Shown one piece after another: positions 24,147 through 36,736 of a stretch of DNA of 64,000 nucleotides. Each line of letters opens with the position of its first letter. The first letter of the stretch is position 1. Source of the DNA: Octopus sinensis (Eukaryota). Location of the stretch: assembly GCF_006345805.1 (NCBI RefSeq), contig NC_043022.1:17732001-17796000 (forward strand), written 5' to 3'. The notes under the pieces are model-generated. The model searched no databases. It saw only the letters and a list, made by a program, of their open reading frames with translations, and was not told the origin of the DNA. The translations under genes were made by a program, and so were the position numbers.

Positions 24147-26486
24147 GCTTCTACTTTCCTTACTGTCATGGATTGGACAGTTTGACAGGAAGTGGCAGAT
24201 ACGACAGTGCCAAGCTCCACTCTTTGCTTTGGCATGGCTTCAATGGCTGGATGCCCTTCCTGATGCCAACCCCTTCATAGAGTGGACTGGGTGTTTATTA
24301 CATGGCACAAGCAGTGGTATAATGGATGGATAGGAACAGCTGTGTTGCAGTAGAGGTGATCCATGGCTACCCTGGTGGGAAAGGGGGGAGAGAGAATGAA
24401 GATGGCAAAGAAGACATGTTGGGCTGCACCCTCAGGTTAGACAGGGGGGTATATAAGGAGTAAAGCAGATTAGAAAGGTATAGTGGTCAGGTAAATTGAC
24501 AAGGGTGCGAAAGGAGAATGGGAGAGGTGAGTAGGAAGAGGAGTTGTTGGGGAGAAGTGTTCATTTCCTTTCTGGTCTGGGTAGGACAGCTTTGGATGGG
24601 GTTTGATGGATCAGTGGAGCAGGTCTTGCTTTAGTGTTTCGTTAGGAAGGGCTGGATGGGTGCCCTTCTTAATGCTAACTGCTTTACAGAGTGTACTGGG
24701 TACATTTGTCTGGGTACCAGTTCTCTTGAGGTCATGTTACAGTTTGCAGAACAAAAGGGAACCTCTATGAAGGGGTCATGGGGAGAATAACAGAGGGAAC
24801 AGTATTGGGGGTTGGAAAAATGGGGACGGGGGAAGGGGAAAAGTGATGTCAGGGATTAGTGGTAGGAACAAAGTGGTAATGGTGGTTGGAGGTTTAGTAG
24901 GGGACCCAGTGCTGGGGGTGGGTTAGTTTGGCTGTCCTGCCAGCATGGGTTGAAACAGTTTTTCAGGGTAGAAGGCAGTTATTATTGGAATTACATAGAT
25001 TTGTTGTTGAGTGATGGTGGGAGGAGTGAGAATGGTGGAAGGAAGTGGGGGAGGGGTGATAGGAAGGAAAGTGAAAAACAGTTGTGTGTGTGGGTGTGTA
25101 TTTTTCTTGTTTCAATCAGGACAACACACACACACACACACACCTTTGGAGATACTCTGTGATTGAGAAGACCCAGCAAGTAAAGTGAGATCACAGCCAT
25201 GGGCGATGTAAGTGTTGCATGACTGGCCCATTTAAAAGTACTCTTGATGCATCAGGTAATATGATATGCTTAAGAAGACCTGTTGAGTCAAGTAAAACCA
25301 AAATCGTAGCTGTGGCTAGTGCCACCCTGACTGGCTTCTGTGTCAGTGGCCTGTAAAATGCACCCACCCTATTCTCAGAGTGGTTGGTGTTAGGAAGAGC
25401 ATCCAGCTGTAGAAACATTTGGATCCTGGTGCAGCCTCCTGGCTTGCCAGTCCTCAGTCAAACTGTTCAACCCGTGCCGGCATGGAAAGCAGACATTAAA
25501 CTATGATGATGATGATACACAATGGGCTTCTTTCAGTTTCCATCTACAAAATCCACTCATAACACTTTGGTTTACCTGAGGCTATAGTAGAAGACACTTG
25601 TATAAGCCCAAATATTCTCCTTGTTTTATGTTAAAACTGACTAGATCTAACCTCTCACACCTACCCTACAATGCCATTCTAAAAACACAAACATCTCATT
25701 GAAATCTTGAAGCTACAAGATAATGTGTGATTAATTCAAAATAATGTGAATAAATAAGCATTAAATTCGAGAAAGCAATCTGAATGGTAAAAGGTCAGCC
25801 CTGTGCACACACATGCAGGATGGATTCCTGTGCATTTTTCATCTACCAAATGTCACTCACAAGGCTTTGGTCAGCCTAGAGCAGAAGATACTTCAGGTAT
25901 CAGACAGTAGGGTGAAACCTGAGACAATGTGGGCACAAGGTGAGCTTGGTAACCTGTCAGCTCTGCCTACAACCCATTGGCTAGTTGAAGCCTGACAGAA
26001 GCAAATAGCCATCAGGCTTTCATAAATCTTGTTTTATTATCCTGAATGACTCTGGACCTAATCTAGAAATGATCAGTGCCCCAGCATGACCATTGTTAGA
26101 AGTTGTCACTGTTATTATGTTATTGCTAGTCATTTAATTTAATATAGAAGAGAGCCACTTGTTGAACCATTGTTTATACTCTGCAAAATTAGTTGCAATA
26201 AAAGATTTGCTAAGAACAATTTCATGCAGTCATTTTGGTTTCTCCAACATGAAAATTAAAAAAGAGAAAAGATTTAAACATACTGTTAACATGAAGAAGA
26301 ATAAAAATAATGAGGAATATATTGGACAGTTATTAATTTGGAACTAAAACTAATCATTCCATTATTATTGGTTTCTAGCAGGACTGGACCTGTTGCCTTG
26401 TCGTAATGTTTCTTGTGAAAATTCTTTTCTTTTTGGAACAAAGTTTCTTTTCTTCTTTCTCAAAGGTAATATATTTTATTTTATTA

Positions 26487-26905
26487 GGTACAGGCATGGC
26501 TGTGTGGTAAGAAGCTTGCTTCCCAACTACATGGTCCCGGGTTCAGTCCTACTGCATGGCACCTTGGGCAAGGGTCTTCTACTATAGCCTCAGGCCAACC
26601 AAAGCCTTGTGAGTGGATTTGGTAGACAGAAACCCTTTAATAGAATAGAAGCCCTTTGTGTTTATACATACACACACACACACATACACATATGGATGTG
26701 TGCATGTCTTTGTGTATGTTCCCCACCACTGCTTGACAACTGGTGTTGGTTTGTTTCTGTCCCTGTGGTTCGTCAAAAGATGCCAGTAGAATAAGTACAT
26801 AGCTTAAAAAGAAAAGAACAAAAGAAGGGGCCGATTTGTTTGCCTAAACACTTCATGGTGTTGCTCCAGCATGGCCTCAGTCTAATGACTGAAACAAGTA
26901 AAAGA
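26487..26905 (+). repeat. SINE family A, full-length representative
   Basis: Head ggcatggctgtgtggtaagaagcttgcttccc, (CA/TG)n middle, tail gactgaaacaagtaaaaga. Confidence 0.9.
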
Positions 26906-27277
26906 TGAAAGGATAATTTATGTGAAGCTGTCTTATGTTTGTGGTTTAGCTAAACATCTGCTCTGAGTTTCAGCCCCTTTGCCAACCCCACCATCAACAT
27001 GTCCAGCTGACAAGAGAGCCTCATGTCTTGCTAGAGATAGCAGCCAGATGTAACTCTACCATCTTAGAATATGGGAAGAGACATTGGATAGTGTAGTCTT
27101 AGATAGACTGTCTGAAAAATACGAGGTTGTCATGACTCAAATCTTCTTGATCAGCTCACCTAGGGCTAAGCAACAACTGTTAGATCCCGAAATATACTTG
27201 CCTTATTAACTGTGGGGTTAAGCTGTTGGTTCCTTGTGTGCTGTAGGACTGAGCAGTTTAGCTGTAGGGAATGACTT

Positions 27278-27575
27278 AGGGGTCACGGTATTTGGCTTGT
27301 AATCATGAGGTCGTGAGTTTGGTTTCTGGTGGCTTGTTGTGTCCTTGAACAAGACACTTTATTTCTTATTTCCTCCTAGCCACTCAGCTGGCAAGAGTGT
27401 CTCATACCTGTAATTCAAAAGGGCCAGCCTTGTGTCACCTGTGTCGTGCTGAATCTCCCTGATAACTATATTATACATGTCTGTGGAGTACTCAGCCACT
27501 TGTATGTTAATTTCTTCACCAGCAGGCTGTCCTTTTGCATCGAATCAACGAGGACCCTGGTCATCATAACCGATG
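27278..27575 (+). repeat. tRNA-derived SINE family C (copies also at ~9-280 and ~31341-31660)
   Basis: Pol III-like head (gtggcttagtggttagg...gagttcaattcct), ccttga.caagacact box, shared body aagggccagccttgtc...gaatctccctga. Confidence 0.75.
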
Positions 27576-28620
27576 CCAGTTGGATGTAGGAGGAGGCTCT
27601 GGCTTTAAGAAAAAAGGTGATTTTGCAGGTGTTCAATTATGTAAAATGAAGATCAGCTAAAAACCATGTACTGTCATAGAAAAGAGCCAACTTCTGATTA
27701 GGTATTCCAACCATGACCATCCTGTTTTTTTTTTTCTCAGATAATATTATCAAATGTGTACTTTCCATTTTTGAAGATGATAGAATCTGCTGTTTCTTAC
27801 TTTGAAGTTGACATTCCTCTTGAAGAGCAGCAAGACAATGATGTAGGAAAAAAACATGGGCAAGGTGTGTGAGGGGGATTTCAGTGGGGGAAAAGGATTG
27901 GTTGAAGGTTTTAGATACTGTACCTGAGGTAGTGGACTCAATGCTGGTGCCAAGCAGAGCAAAGAGTTAAGTGACCTGATTGGAAGATAGGATTTAAACC
28001 AGCCAGTTCTGAGGGACAGAGGCCATTGTAATAGCAATGAACAATCTGAGAGAGAGAAAGACGGGGGTGGGCCAGAATGCATTTGTGAAAGACTTCTTGT
28101 AATCTGGGATGTTTGTCCATGTAGCTGCACGACCCCAAATATGATGGCATTATTCCTTAGTAGTATCAATGAAAATAAGTACCTGTAGTTTGAATGGGGC
28201 CCAAAAAGATTGGATAAGGGTTTGCTGGGAGTTCCTAAATGGCGGGAACTTGTAAGGTTTTATCCAATTTGACATTTAGACATTGTATTACTTAATCAAT
28301 AATCAATATGACCAAATCCTCCTGATTTTCCTTTAGACCGCCCCCCCCACCTCATTTATCATCCTTTGTTTCAGTCATTATATTGTGGCCATACTGGGGC
28401 ACAGCCTTGAAAAACATTTTTAGTCAAATGAATCAAATACTTATTCTTTTTTAAAGAATGGTACTTATCCTATTGGTCTGTTTTGCTAAATTACAGGGAT
28501 GTAAACACCCCAACACTGGTTGGGTCGTTCCTGTTCATGCCTTTCCTGTGTTTGTTGACCACCACCACTTGTAATTGATTTCCGCTTGTACAATGGACTC
28601 TCTCATTCTTCTTTCCCCAG

Positions 28621-28728
28621 GCTATCCACTGGCGTTTATGTACAGAGGACTCTTGTATGGCCGTAGCAGCACGTTACAGCACATATACTTCATAATATGC
28701 GGAGTGTATATGGGTTACTTTAATTTTG
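28621..28728 (+). CDS. LPCAT3: LPCAT3 first visible coding exon (phase 1-1): GYPLAFMYRGLLYGRSSTLQHIYFIICGVYMGYFNFG
   Basis: Acceptor ctctctcattcttctttccccag, donor TTG|gtaagt, 108 nt; resembles human GYPFALFYR...YFNFG. Confidence 0.95.
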
Positions 28729-29602
28729 GTAAGTACTGCTTTCCTTGTTCTTTCCTTGTTACCCCCGACCCCCACACGAGGCAGTGAGATGTCACAGACA
28801 TCAGTGTGTATGGACAAAATGCTTTTTAGGATTCATTCCGGTTCCCAGTTGGCAACATGGCAGAATCATTAGCATGGCAGCATTTTCTCTGGCTTTTATG
28901 TTCTGAGTTCAAGTTTCAGGGTTGATAAAATAAGTACCAGTCGATTACTTACTCCCGCCCTGAAATTGCTGGCCTTGTGCCAAAATTTGAAATCATTTTT
29001 TTTCAGTCTTCTACATTCTGAGTTCAAATTCCACTAAGGTTAACTTAGCTTTTCATACTTTAGAATCCAATGTGGTGCAGTGGTAGACTTGTTGAAGTGT
29101 TTGATCAGATACCTGGTGGTAGTTGGCTCCTTGTATTTGTAAGTTCTTCAGTGCTAGACTGAATCTATCATCCAGGTGAACACCATCCAGGTGAACACCA
29201 TCCTTTGATCGTTGACCTTTTAGGAGATTGAAAATACTGAAGGCATGTCTCACCAACACATTCTAAGCCCTGACTCACAGACATACTATCTCCTCATGCT
29301 GACTAGTCTTGTGTTGGCCCCATTCAGGCTTCCTAATCTCCCACATCTCATCCTTGTCTCTGTCTCCTTCCCTCACTGCATGCCCCCTCCCCCTCCACCC
29401 TGCATAAATCAACTTCTCTCAGTCTTTCCTTCTCACAATAAAAATGCAGCCATAAAAACAAAACTAAATACCACACAGAGTATATTTGTATGACACTCTA
29501 CCGATTCTCTTGTCCTCTGCAAACACACTCTCTCTCTCTCTCTCTCTCATACACACATTCCTGGTGCAATGTTTCAATACCCTGTAGACAATATCTCTAG
29601 AT

Positions 29603-29959
29603 CAGTGGTTTTCAATCAGGGTTCATTGTAAGATTTTGGGGGTTCCATGCAAGCAAACTAGTAAACTGGGGATCCACAGTAGTATTTTAAGGGTTCATGA
29701 CAGAGATTTTGTTTTCAATGTCTTTATTGAACGGAACACTTTGGTTTGTTTCTCTGATGCTTTGCAGTTTCACATGTTTCTGGCCCCTGGAACCTGGTCT
29801 CTCAAAGAGTTCTTTGGCAAACCCAGGCAATGGGGGAAAAGCAAAATAGGAATTTTAAAAAAAGTAGCTTTTAAATATCGAATGGTTATGGGGGTCCACC
29901 AGAATAAAATAGGGATCAAAGGAGTTCAGAGTCCATTTGAGAAAAGTTTGAAACCACTG
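29603..29959. mobile_element. hAT-type MITE
   Basis: TIRs CAGTGGTTTTCAA / TTGAAACCACTG; 8-bp TSD CTCTAGAT / CTCAAGAT. Confidence 0.85.
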
Positions 29960-30123
29960 CTCAAGATTTTAGTTAACATTCTTTATAATAGAAAGATTTT
30001 AAACATTTTTTACTGTCTCTGAAGATATTCTACAAAAAGACTTATTTTTAAATAAATTTTAATCACTTTTAATATTTTTGTTAAGTAAATGTGGTTGTTT
30101 ACCTTTCTTTTTTTCTATTGCAG

Positions 30124-30230
30124 GAATAGATGTTCTTCATTCATTTGTAAACCTAATCCTTATTTATCTGCTGACAAGGATTGGTGCTGGAAGGTGGTGG
30201 TCACTACCAGCAGCTTTCTTAATAAACACT
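30124..30230 (+). CDS. LPCAT3: LPCAT3 exon (phase 1-0): IDVLHSFVNLILIYLLTRIGAGRWWSLPAAFLINT
   Basis: Acceptor tttctattgcag, donor ACT|gtgagt, 107 nt, in frame with both neighbours. Confidence 0.93.
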
Positions 30231-31041
30231 GTGAGTATGCTGTGGATACCTGTTTGTGTATCTTTTATGTTGAAATGATGACAATTAATCAATCAGTGTG
30301 ACTGTAATCTCTTCAAAGATGCCCAATTCTTGTCTGTGTTCTTTTAATTGTGCTTGCATCATATTAAACAATCAATGCACAAGTGGAATAAAACTGCACT
30401 AAAAATTAAATATGTTTGTTCAAAGCAGGTGTAAATTCATAATCTCATCATTATAAATGGCAGGTAAATTTATTGCCACACTGTAATCTTGGCTTTCAAA
30501 ATAATCTATAAATTTATGGCCACATGATATCCGTGTCTAAATTAACATCTTGTTTTAGGTTTGTTTACTCAAAAGAATTTAGTGTTCATAGGTGCAGGCA
30601 TGGCTGTGTAGTTAAGAAATTTGCTTCCCAACCACATAGTTCCAGTTCAATCCTACTGTGTGCCTTCTATAGTTCTTGCCTGAGCAAAGCTCTGTGAGTG
30701 GATTTGGCTGAAAGAAATTGAGAGAAGCTCGTCATATATGTGTGGCTGTAGTCCAATGACTGAAACAAGTGAAAGATAGATAAATATTATCTCTGTTGTG
30801 TGTGTTAGTTCCTTTCTATCTCTCTAACTTAACAGTTTGGCAAAAAGAGACAAATACCTGGCTTAGGCTGAAACATCTCAGTGTGGTGCCCCAGTATGGT
30901 CGCAGTCCAATGACTGAATCAAGTAAAAGATAAGAGATATTTTTGCACAGACCCAGATACTTCTCTTTATGACTTTATCTCTTTCAATTTACCATCTTTG
31001 AAATACTTTATTCATAGATCCTGTTATGTGTTTGTTTTCAG

Positions 31042-31179
31042 GGCTATCTCGTGCTCGGTTTTGCCTCCAGCTCAAAGAATGGTGAATATTATCGCATTGA
31101 ATGGACAACTTCACATTGTGTGTTAATTCTAAAACTCACTGGCGTTGTGGCTGATTTGTACGATGGATCCAAACCTGAG
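31042..31179 (+). CDS. LPCAT3: LPCAT3 exon (phase 0-0): GYLVLGFASSSKNGEYYRIEWTTSHCVLILKLTGVVADLYDGSKPE
   Basis: Acceptor tttgttttcag, weak donor GAG|gttttt, 138 nt; matches the WTMPHCVLTLKLIG..D..DG motif. Confidence 0.93.
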
Positions 31180-32627
31180 GTTTTTATTTTACTTATTAGC
31201 TTTTGTTTTTGTTTGTTTTTATCTGTTCCTAATCTCTCGTTCCACATTGAAGTCCATCTCACTCTGCGTACCATGGATTTGGTTAGTGATAAAAATGGTA
31301 GCATCTGAGAGTGTTTCCCTATAGAATTAATATATTTGGGAAGGCATGTGGCTTAGTGGTTAGGATGTTTGACTAACTGGTCATAACTGTCATGAGTTCA
31401 ATTCCTGACTGCACATTGTATCCTTGAATGAGACTATTTCATGTGACTCCAGTCTCCCCTCAGCAGGTGAAAATATGGGTTGTACCTATAATTCAGAAGG
31501 GGCCAGCCTTGTCAGATTCTGTGTCATGTTGAATCTCCCTGAGAACCATGTTAAGGGTACATGTGTCTGTGGAGCACTCAGCCACTTGCATGTTAATTTC
31601 ACAAGCAGGCTGTTCTGTTGATCAGATCAGCTGGAACTCTCCTCATCATAACCGGCAGAGCTCCAGCTAAGTTAATATATTTTGAGGTCAGATAGTTTTT
31701 CTGCAAGTGCAGCAGGAGAAAACTAAAGCCTCAGCTTCAAGCTAGAGGCCCCACTTAACACATTTTACAAAGATCGTCTCTGAGTAGAACAGTAAAAATA
31801 TGCAAGAATTTTCCAAAGTTCAAAGTGCAGTTTTTCTTTGTGATTATTCTCTAAACTCCAGGAATGGAATTTTGGTTTGTTTGTTGCTTCTTTGTTGGAA
31901 GAACTGGAACGATTCAAGACAACTCATTCATTCATTGTCACTACAAACATTAAGCAGAGCAATGAATCTGGTGGGTCAAGTGGGAGGAGGGGCTGCTCAA
32001 AGGGATTAGTACAAAGCTTTGGGTGGTTGTGGTGACCACAGTAAGGCTATATTGGCAATGACCCAGACTGACCAGCTGTGATGGACAGAGGCCATTGTAG
32101 CAGCATTAGAAAAGGTAGAATGATGAAACAACACGTCTGTGGGTCAGAGGTTGGAGTGGTAAGCAACTTAAAGCAATCAATTTGGTTGTCGTCATCATGC
32201 TTATTGAATGTCCGTTTTCCATGCTGGCATGGGTCGGACAGTTTAACTGGCAAGCTGGAGGTTTGCACTAGGCTCCTGTTGTCTGTTTTTGGCATGGTTT
32301 CTACAGCTGGATGCCCTTCCTAATGCCAACCACTTTTCAGAGTGTACTGGGTGCTTTTTACCTGGTGCCAGCACATAAAATGCTTAGCATATTTTGTCTC
32401 TCTTGCGTTCTGAGTTCAAATTTTGCTGAGGCTGACTTTGCCTTTCATCCTTTCAGAATTGATAAATTAAGGACTGGTGTCGATATAATCAACTTGCCCA
32501 CCCACTGCCCCCCTCCTAAAAATTTCAACCCTTTTTTCCTATATTACAAAGAATCATTATTATTATGGTTTATTCCTTTCAAATGTCTGGTGATAATGGA
32601 GTCTCAATTTGTGTTTTCCCCTTACAG

Positions 32628-32735
32628 GAGAAGTTGTCCCCTGATCAGAAAGAAACTGCCATAAAGAAAACTCCTACAATTTTGGAATTAATGGGACATT
32701 GTTATTTCTTTGGTGCTTTTTTGATAGGACCCCAG
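32628..32735 (+). CDS. LPCAT3: LPCAT3 exon (phase 0-0): EKLSPDQKETAIKKTPTILELMGHCYFFGAFLIGPQ
   Basis: Acceptor ttttccccttacag, donor CAG|gtaagt, 108 nt; MBOAT GPQ motif. Confidence 0.96.
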
Positions 32736-35700
32736 GTAAGTTGACATCATTATTAAACAGGACATTATTAGCCCCTCTCCTCGATTTTCTAATATTGTTT
32801 CAGCCCACATTGTCAGGTGCTTATATTTACTAAGACTTCCCCAGTTTTATGCTTACTAATATTAATTGTTTAATACCAGCCCAATTAACATAGTAATTAT
32901 TTGCTTATAGTCAGCAGGATTAATTGATATTTGTAAGCTTTCACTTCCTGTATAGATTCTTGCTAGTCATTATTATTATTATTATTATTGTTGCGAGCTG
33001 GCAGAATTGTTACACTCTCAGATGACATGCATAGTGGCATGTCTTTTGACTTTACATTCTGAGTTCAAATACCACCAAGGTCGACTCTGCCTTTCATCTT
33101 TTGGGGGTTGATGAAATGAGTACTAATTAAACACTGTTGTTGTTCTAATTGACTTACCTCTCCCCCAAAATTTCAGGTCTTGTGCCTATAGTAGAAAAAA
33201 TTCTTCTTCCTCTTTTGCTCATCATCATCATAATAATAATAATAATAATAATAAGCTGGCAGAACTGTTGGTGCATTGGACACAATGTTTAACTGCATTT
33301 CTTTTGGCTCTTTATGTTCTCAGTTCAAATTCCATCAAGGTCGACTGATGTCAAATCATCAGAAATGGGAGAGATTAAGATGGGAAGCTTTTCCCTCTGG
33401 CTGTTTTGATGTCTCTTGATTCTGGGTTAAAGTTGTTGCCAGGCTTAACTTCGATTCATTTAACTTCACACCCCATCTAAAGGTGACTGTGTACCTGGTC
33501 AAATTTTTGAATAGCTTGGAGTACTTTCCAACTGTGGCCATCCCATTTTAAGATTTAGGACATAAAACATTTAGAACTCTATGACAGTGAGTCAAGTAGT
33601 TTACATGACCAATTGTTGACTCCTGTTGTTATCGTTGTCATGACTACTGATGAGTTGGATAATTTAGAACCTCACGTTTCAAGATTTGAACTCTGATACC
33701 ACAATTTCCATCTGTTCAAGGTTGGTGAAATAAAGTCCAGTTTCTGGACCATTATATCCTCTCTGTATTAAATCATGGATTTCACTGAGTCAGCACTTGA
33801 TCCGTATTTCTAGAGGTTTAAGCTGACAAGAATCAAATCCAAACCTGAATGTCAGTTTATTGCAAGGGGCTTTCTCTCTTAGCCTAATGAGGAATAGTAA
33901 CAGCAGTTATTGTAACCTAATGGGGAATGTTGGCACCAATTATTTTCTAATAAAAGAATTAATCCTTGGACTGGAGATCTGACTGGAATCTTGCAACAGA
34001 GTTGACTCTGCTCAAGATACCGCTGGCATAGGTGGAGCTCTTAAACTGGGTGATGAATTAACCCCTTGAAGTACCAGGTGCATGACCCCAATCCTGCAGG
34101 CTTGAAGGAAAATCTCTGTCTTAGATGTCCCCTATCTTTTGTCTTCATTTATGTCAGTGGGGACATCATTGTGAAATATACAGTTTTTTACCTTCTTAGG
34201 AAGGTCCTTGTATTGTGTATCTGACCTTTGAACTAGTGACCTCCTGTGTTTCTCTGAAGAGACAACACATAAATCGTTTGTAGTAGGAATAGTGACCCTC
34301 TCTACTGAATGGAGACTCCCACATTTTTGAGTCAGTTGGTTGTTAACATTGACAGGTGAAGGGTGATATCCCCAACAACATTGTTAGACTTCTCAAAATA
34401 CAACAGAAATGTCTTGTTGCCATTCTCTGTTTGGAGTTGGTAGAAACGAAGAACATAGCAATTATATTTGGCCTACAAAAAACCAAACCACTTTACTGCC
34501 AACCTACAAGGCTGCCGCTTGTGGCATTCCTTCTCCTACATTTCAGTCCGTTCCCCATCTACTTATTGTATACAACAATAACTTTTGAGCAAGGTACTGG
34601 CACTCAACTGTGCTTCTTAGCATCATATTGTAACTGTACCCTAGTAAAAAGGAAACTGACGAACGGAAATATTATGGAATATATGGCATCCCCCACCCCC
34701 GCCTCCTCAGCTGACAGGCAATAAATCCTTAAATATGTTTTAGCCCGAAGGCCACGGCCATGCTGGGGCACCACAGCAATATTTCTATTTTTTATCTATT
34801 ACTATTGATATAAATGGTGCCAATACAACTAGCTCTGCAGTGCTTGTCCAAATATTGAACCTGTTCAGTACCAAAAGCTTTCACAGTGTACATGATAATG
34901 AAATGGTCCCAAGTAGACAGAGCATAAGATCCCCAATCATTCTCAGATTATTCATTTCCTTTCCATTTGATAAGCTGCCAATAATATTTCATTTAATCCC
35001 ATTCCCTCTGCCACAAAACAGAATATTTTATGTTGCAGTGAAAAAATTTGTCTTTGATGTATTCTGCCTGGTTTTGTGGAGTTCTTTTCTTCATCAAGTG
35101 AGAGATTCTCCAAATAATCTTTCAACTTTTCTAATATATAGTCGAACACCATCCCAGATCTCTATATTTGATCATTTTTACCAACAGATAAGGTCATTGT
35201 CATTCACAGCGATAACCATGAATCAATGCCAGTCATATGGCATGATGTTATGAAGGTTATCCGTCTGCCACTCGTATTTTGTTTTATTTCTCTTGCAATC
35301 CCCATCCCCCACCACTCCACTGAGTGAATGGGTTCAGCTGCTTTGACACATGAAACTTGTTTGTTTGTTTCGTCAACTGACAGCTACAAAAGTTCATCAA
35401 CCCCGGACAACTGAAGCTAATCCACAGGACTATCTGTCTCAGCAATAAGATTATCTCTGATATTTCTAAGCCTTTCCATTTCCAGTAAGATTGAAATCAG
35501 CATCAGACAAACCATTCTTATTTCCAATTAAAAGGTAAGCAACAAGAGCACCCTCACCCCCCTCTGAGATAACCCCTCACCTGCCTCGTCGTCATACAGG
35601 CTATACATTAGGAATAGTCTTTGGATCACTATCTCCATCTGCCAAGTCATATTTACTTTTAAAATCCGTCTTATGACCATAATTAGAGCCATTCAGATTC

Positions 35701-36289
35701 CTTCACCTGTCCCCATCAATACTGCAAATCAAGTCTCTCACCTGCTCAGCTTTCAGATTTTCAGGCAACACATTTTTACCCAAACCTCACAAGAGAAGAT
35801 CATGGCAATGTTTTCCCCAAGAACTCTGACGAAAGCAGTGATGTAAAAGGATTGTTGATTGGTTCGTGTTTGGACACCAATAGTAGACAGAATGGGACAT
35901 GAAGCTGGTGGGATGGAGACAGGAATGGTCTTTCCAATGTACTGCCACATGGTTTCTGTCTATCAAATTTCCCATACCAGGCTTTGGTCAGTCTGATCCT
36001 ATGGCTGGAAACACATGTCTAAGGGGCCCGGCTGTGGGATTAAACCTGAAACTATAGTTATGAAGCAAACTTCTTTACCACACAGTCACAGATGGGGTCA
36101 TGAAAGGAGTTGAACGCTGCACTTGAAACAGTTGTCTGCAAAGTTTTTCTCTTTGTTAAATTGGTGGACTTATTACTAGTCCATGGCAGCATGAGAAAGA
36201 TGAATTTAAAATCTATGATGTTGATATATACATATATATATATACACATATATATCTGAGTATATTCTTGTACATATTCCCAAAGGAGT

Positions 36290-36570
36290 TTTATATCTCT
36301 TTCTTCCAACCAGTTCAAGTTTGATATCCACATTCTCCTTCTCCTTTCTCTGTTTCTTTTCCCTTCAATCTTTCCAGTCATCACTAAATTCTTCAAGCCC
36401 TCTTTCCTCATCACATGACCAAGGAATCTCAGTTACTTGGCCCTTATTTCACAAAGCAGTTTCTTTTTTTCCAGAGCCCAGGTCATCACTTCTTCATTAG
36501 ACACTTAGTCTGTTCACGATATCCTCAATGTGCTCTGTAAGAACCATATTTCACAGCTCTCCAAGCCCCT
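36290..36570 (-). mobile_element. RTE (BovB-like) ORF2 C-terminal fragment
   Basis: LESCEIWFLQSTLRIS...VSNEEV...MRKEGLKNLVMTGKIEGKR, typical of RTE/BovB C-termini. Confidence 0.8.
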
Positions 36571-36665
36571 CATTTTTGATGTTATCGTGTATGCTGTGGT
36601 GTTTTTTTTCCCATACCCCCCTCCTTCTAATTCAGTGATAATTAATATTGTGAGTCTCATTGCAG

Positions 36666-36736
36666 TGCTCCATACGAAGGTACCTCACTTTAGTGAAAGG
36701 TGGATTTGCAGGCAGAGGTGATAAAGTACCCAACAG
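36666..36736 (+). CDS. LPCAT3: LPCAT3 exon (phase 0-2): CSIRRYLTLVKGGFAGRGDKVPNS
   Basis: Acceptor ctcattgcag, donor AG|gtgagt, 71 nt; aligns to human FSMNHYMKLVQG...KIPNS and restores the phase for the next exon. Confidence 0.88.

Noticed and set aside
26487-26570. tRNA-like A/B-box heads throughout the window
   Set aside because: They are SINE heads without a complete cloverleaf, so no true tRNA gene was called.
29169-29203. Short tandem duplications (15-bp unit here; also 5005-5063 and 61321-61406)
   Set aside because: Two-copy slippage duplications without spacers; not CRISPR and not a satellite array.
34800-35760. Possible piggyBac-like transposase relic on the minus strand (LKAEQVRDLICSIDGD...)
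   Set aside because: Only a vague acidic N-terminal resemblance; no catalytic motifs or TIRs found.
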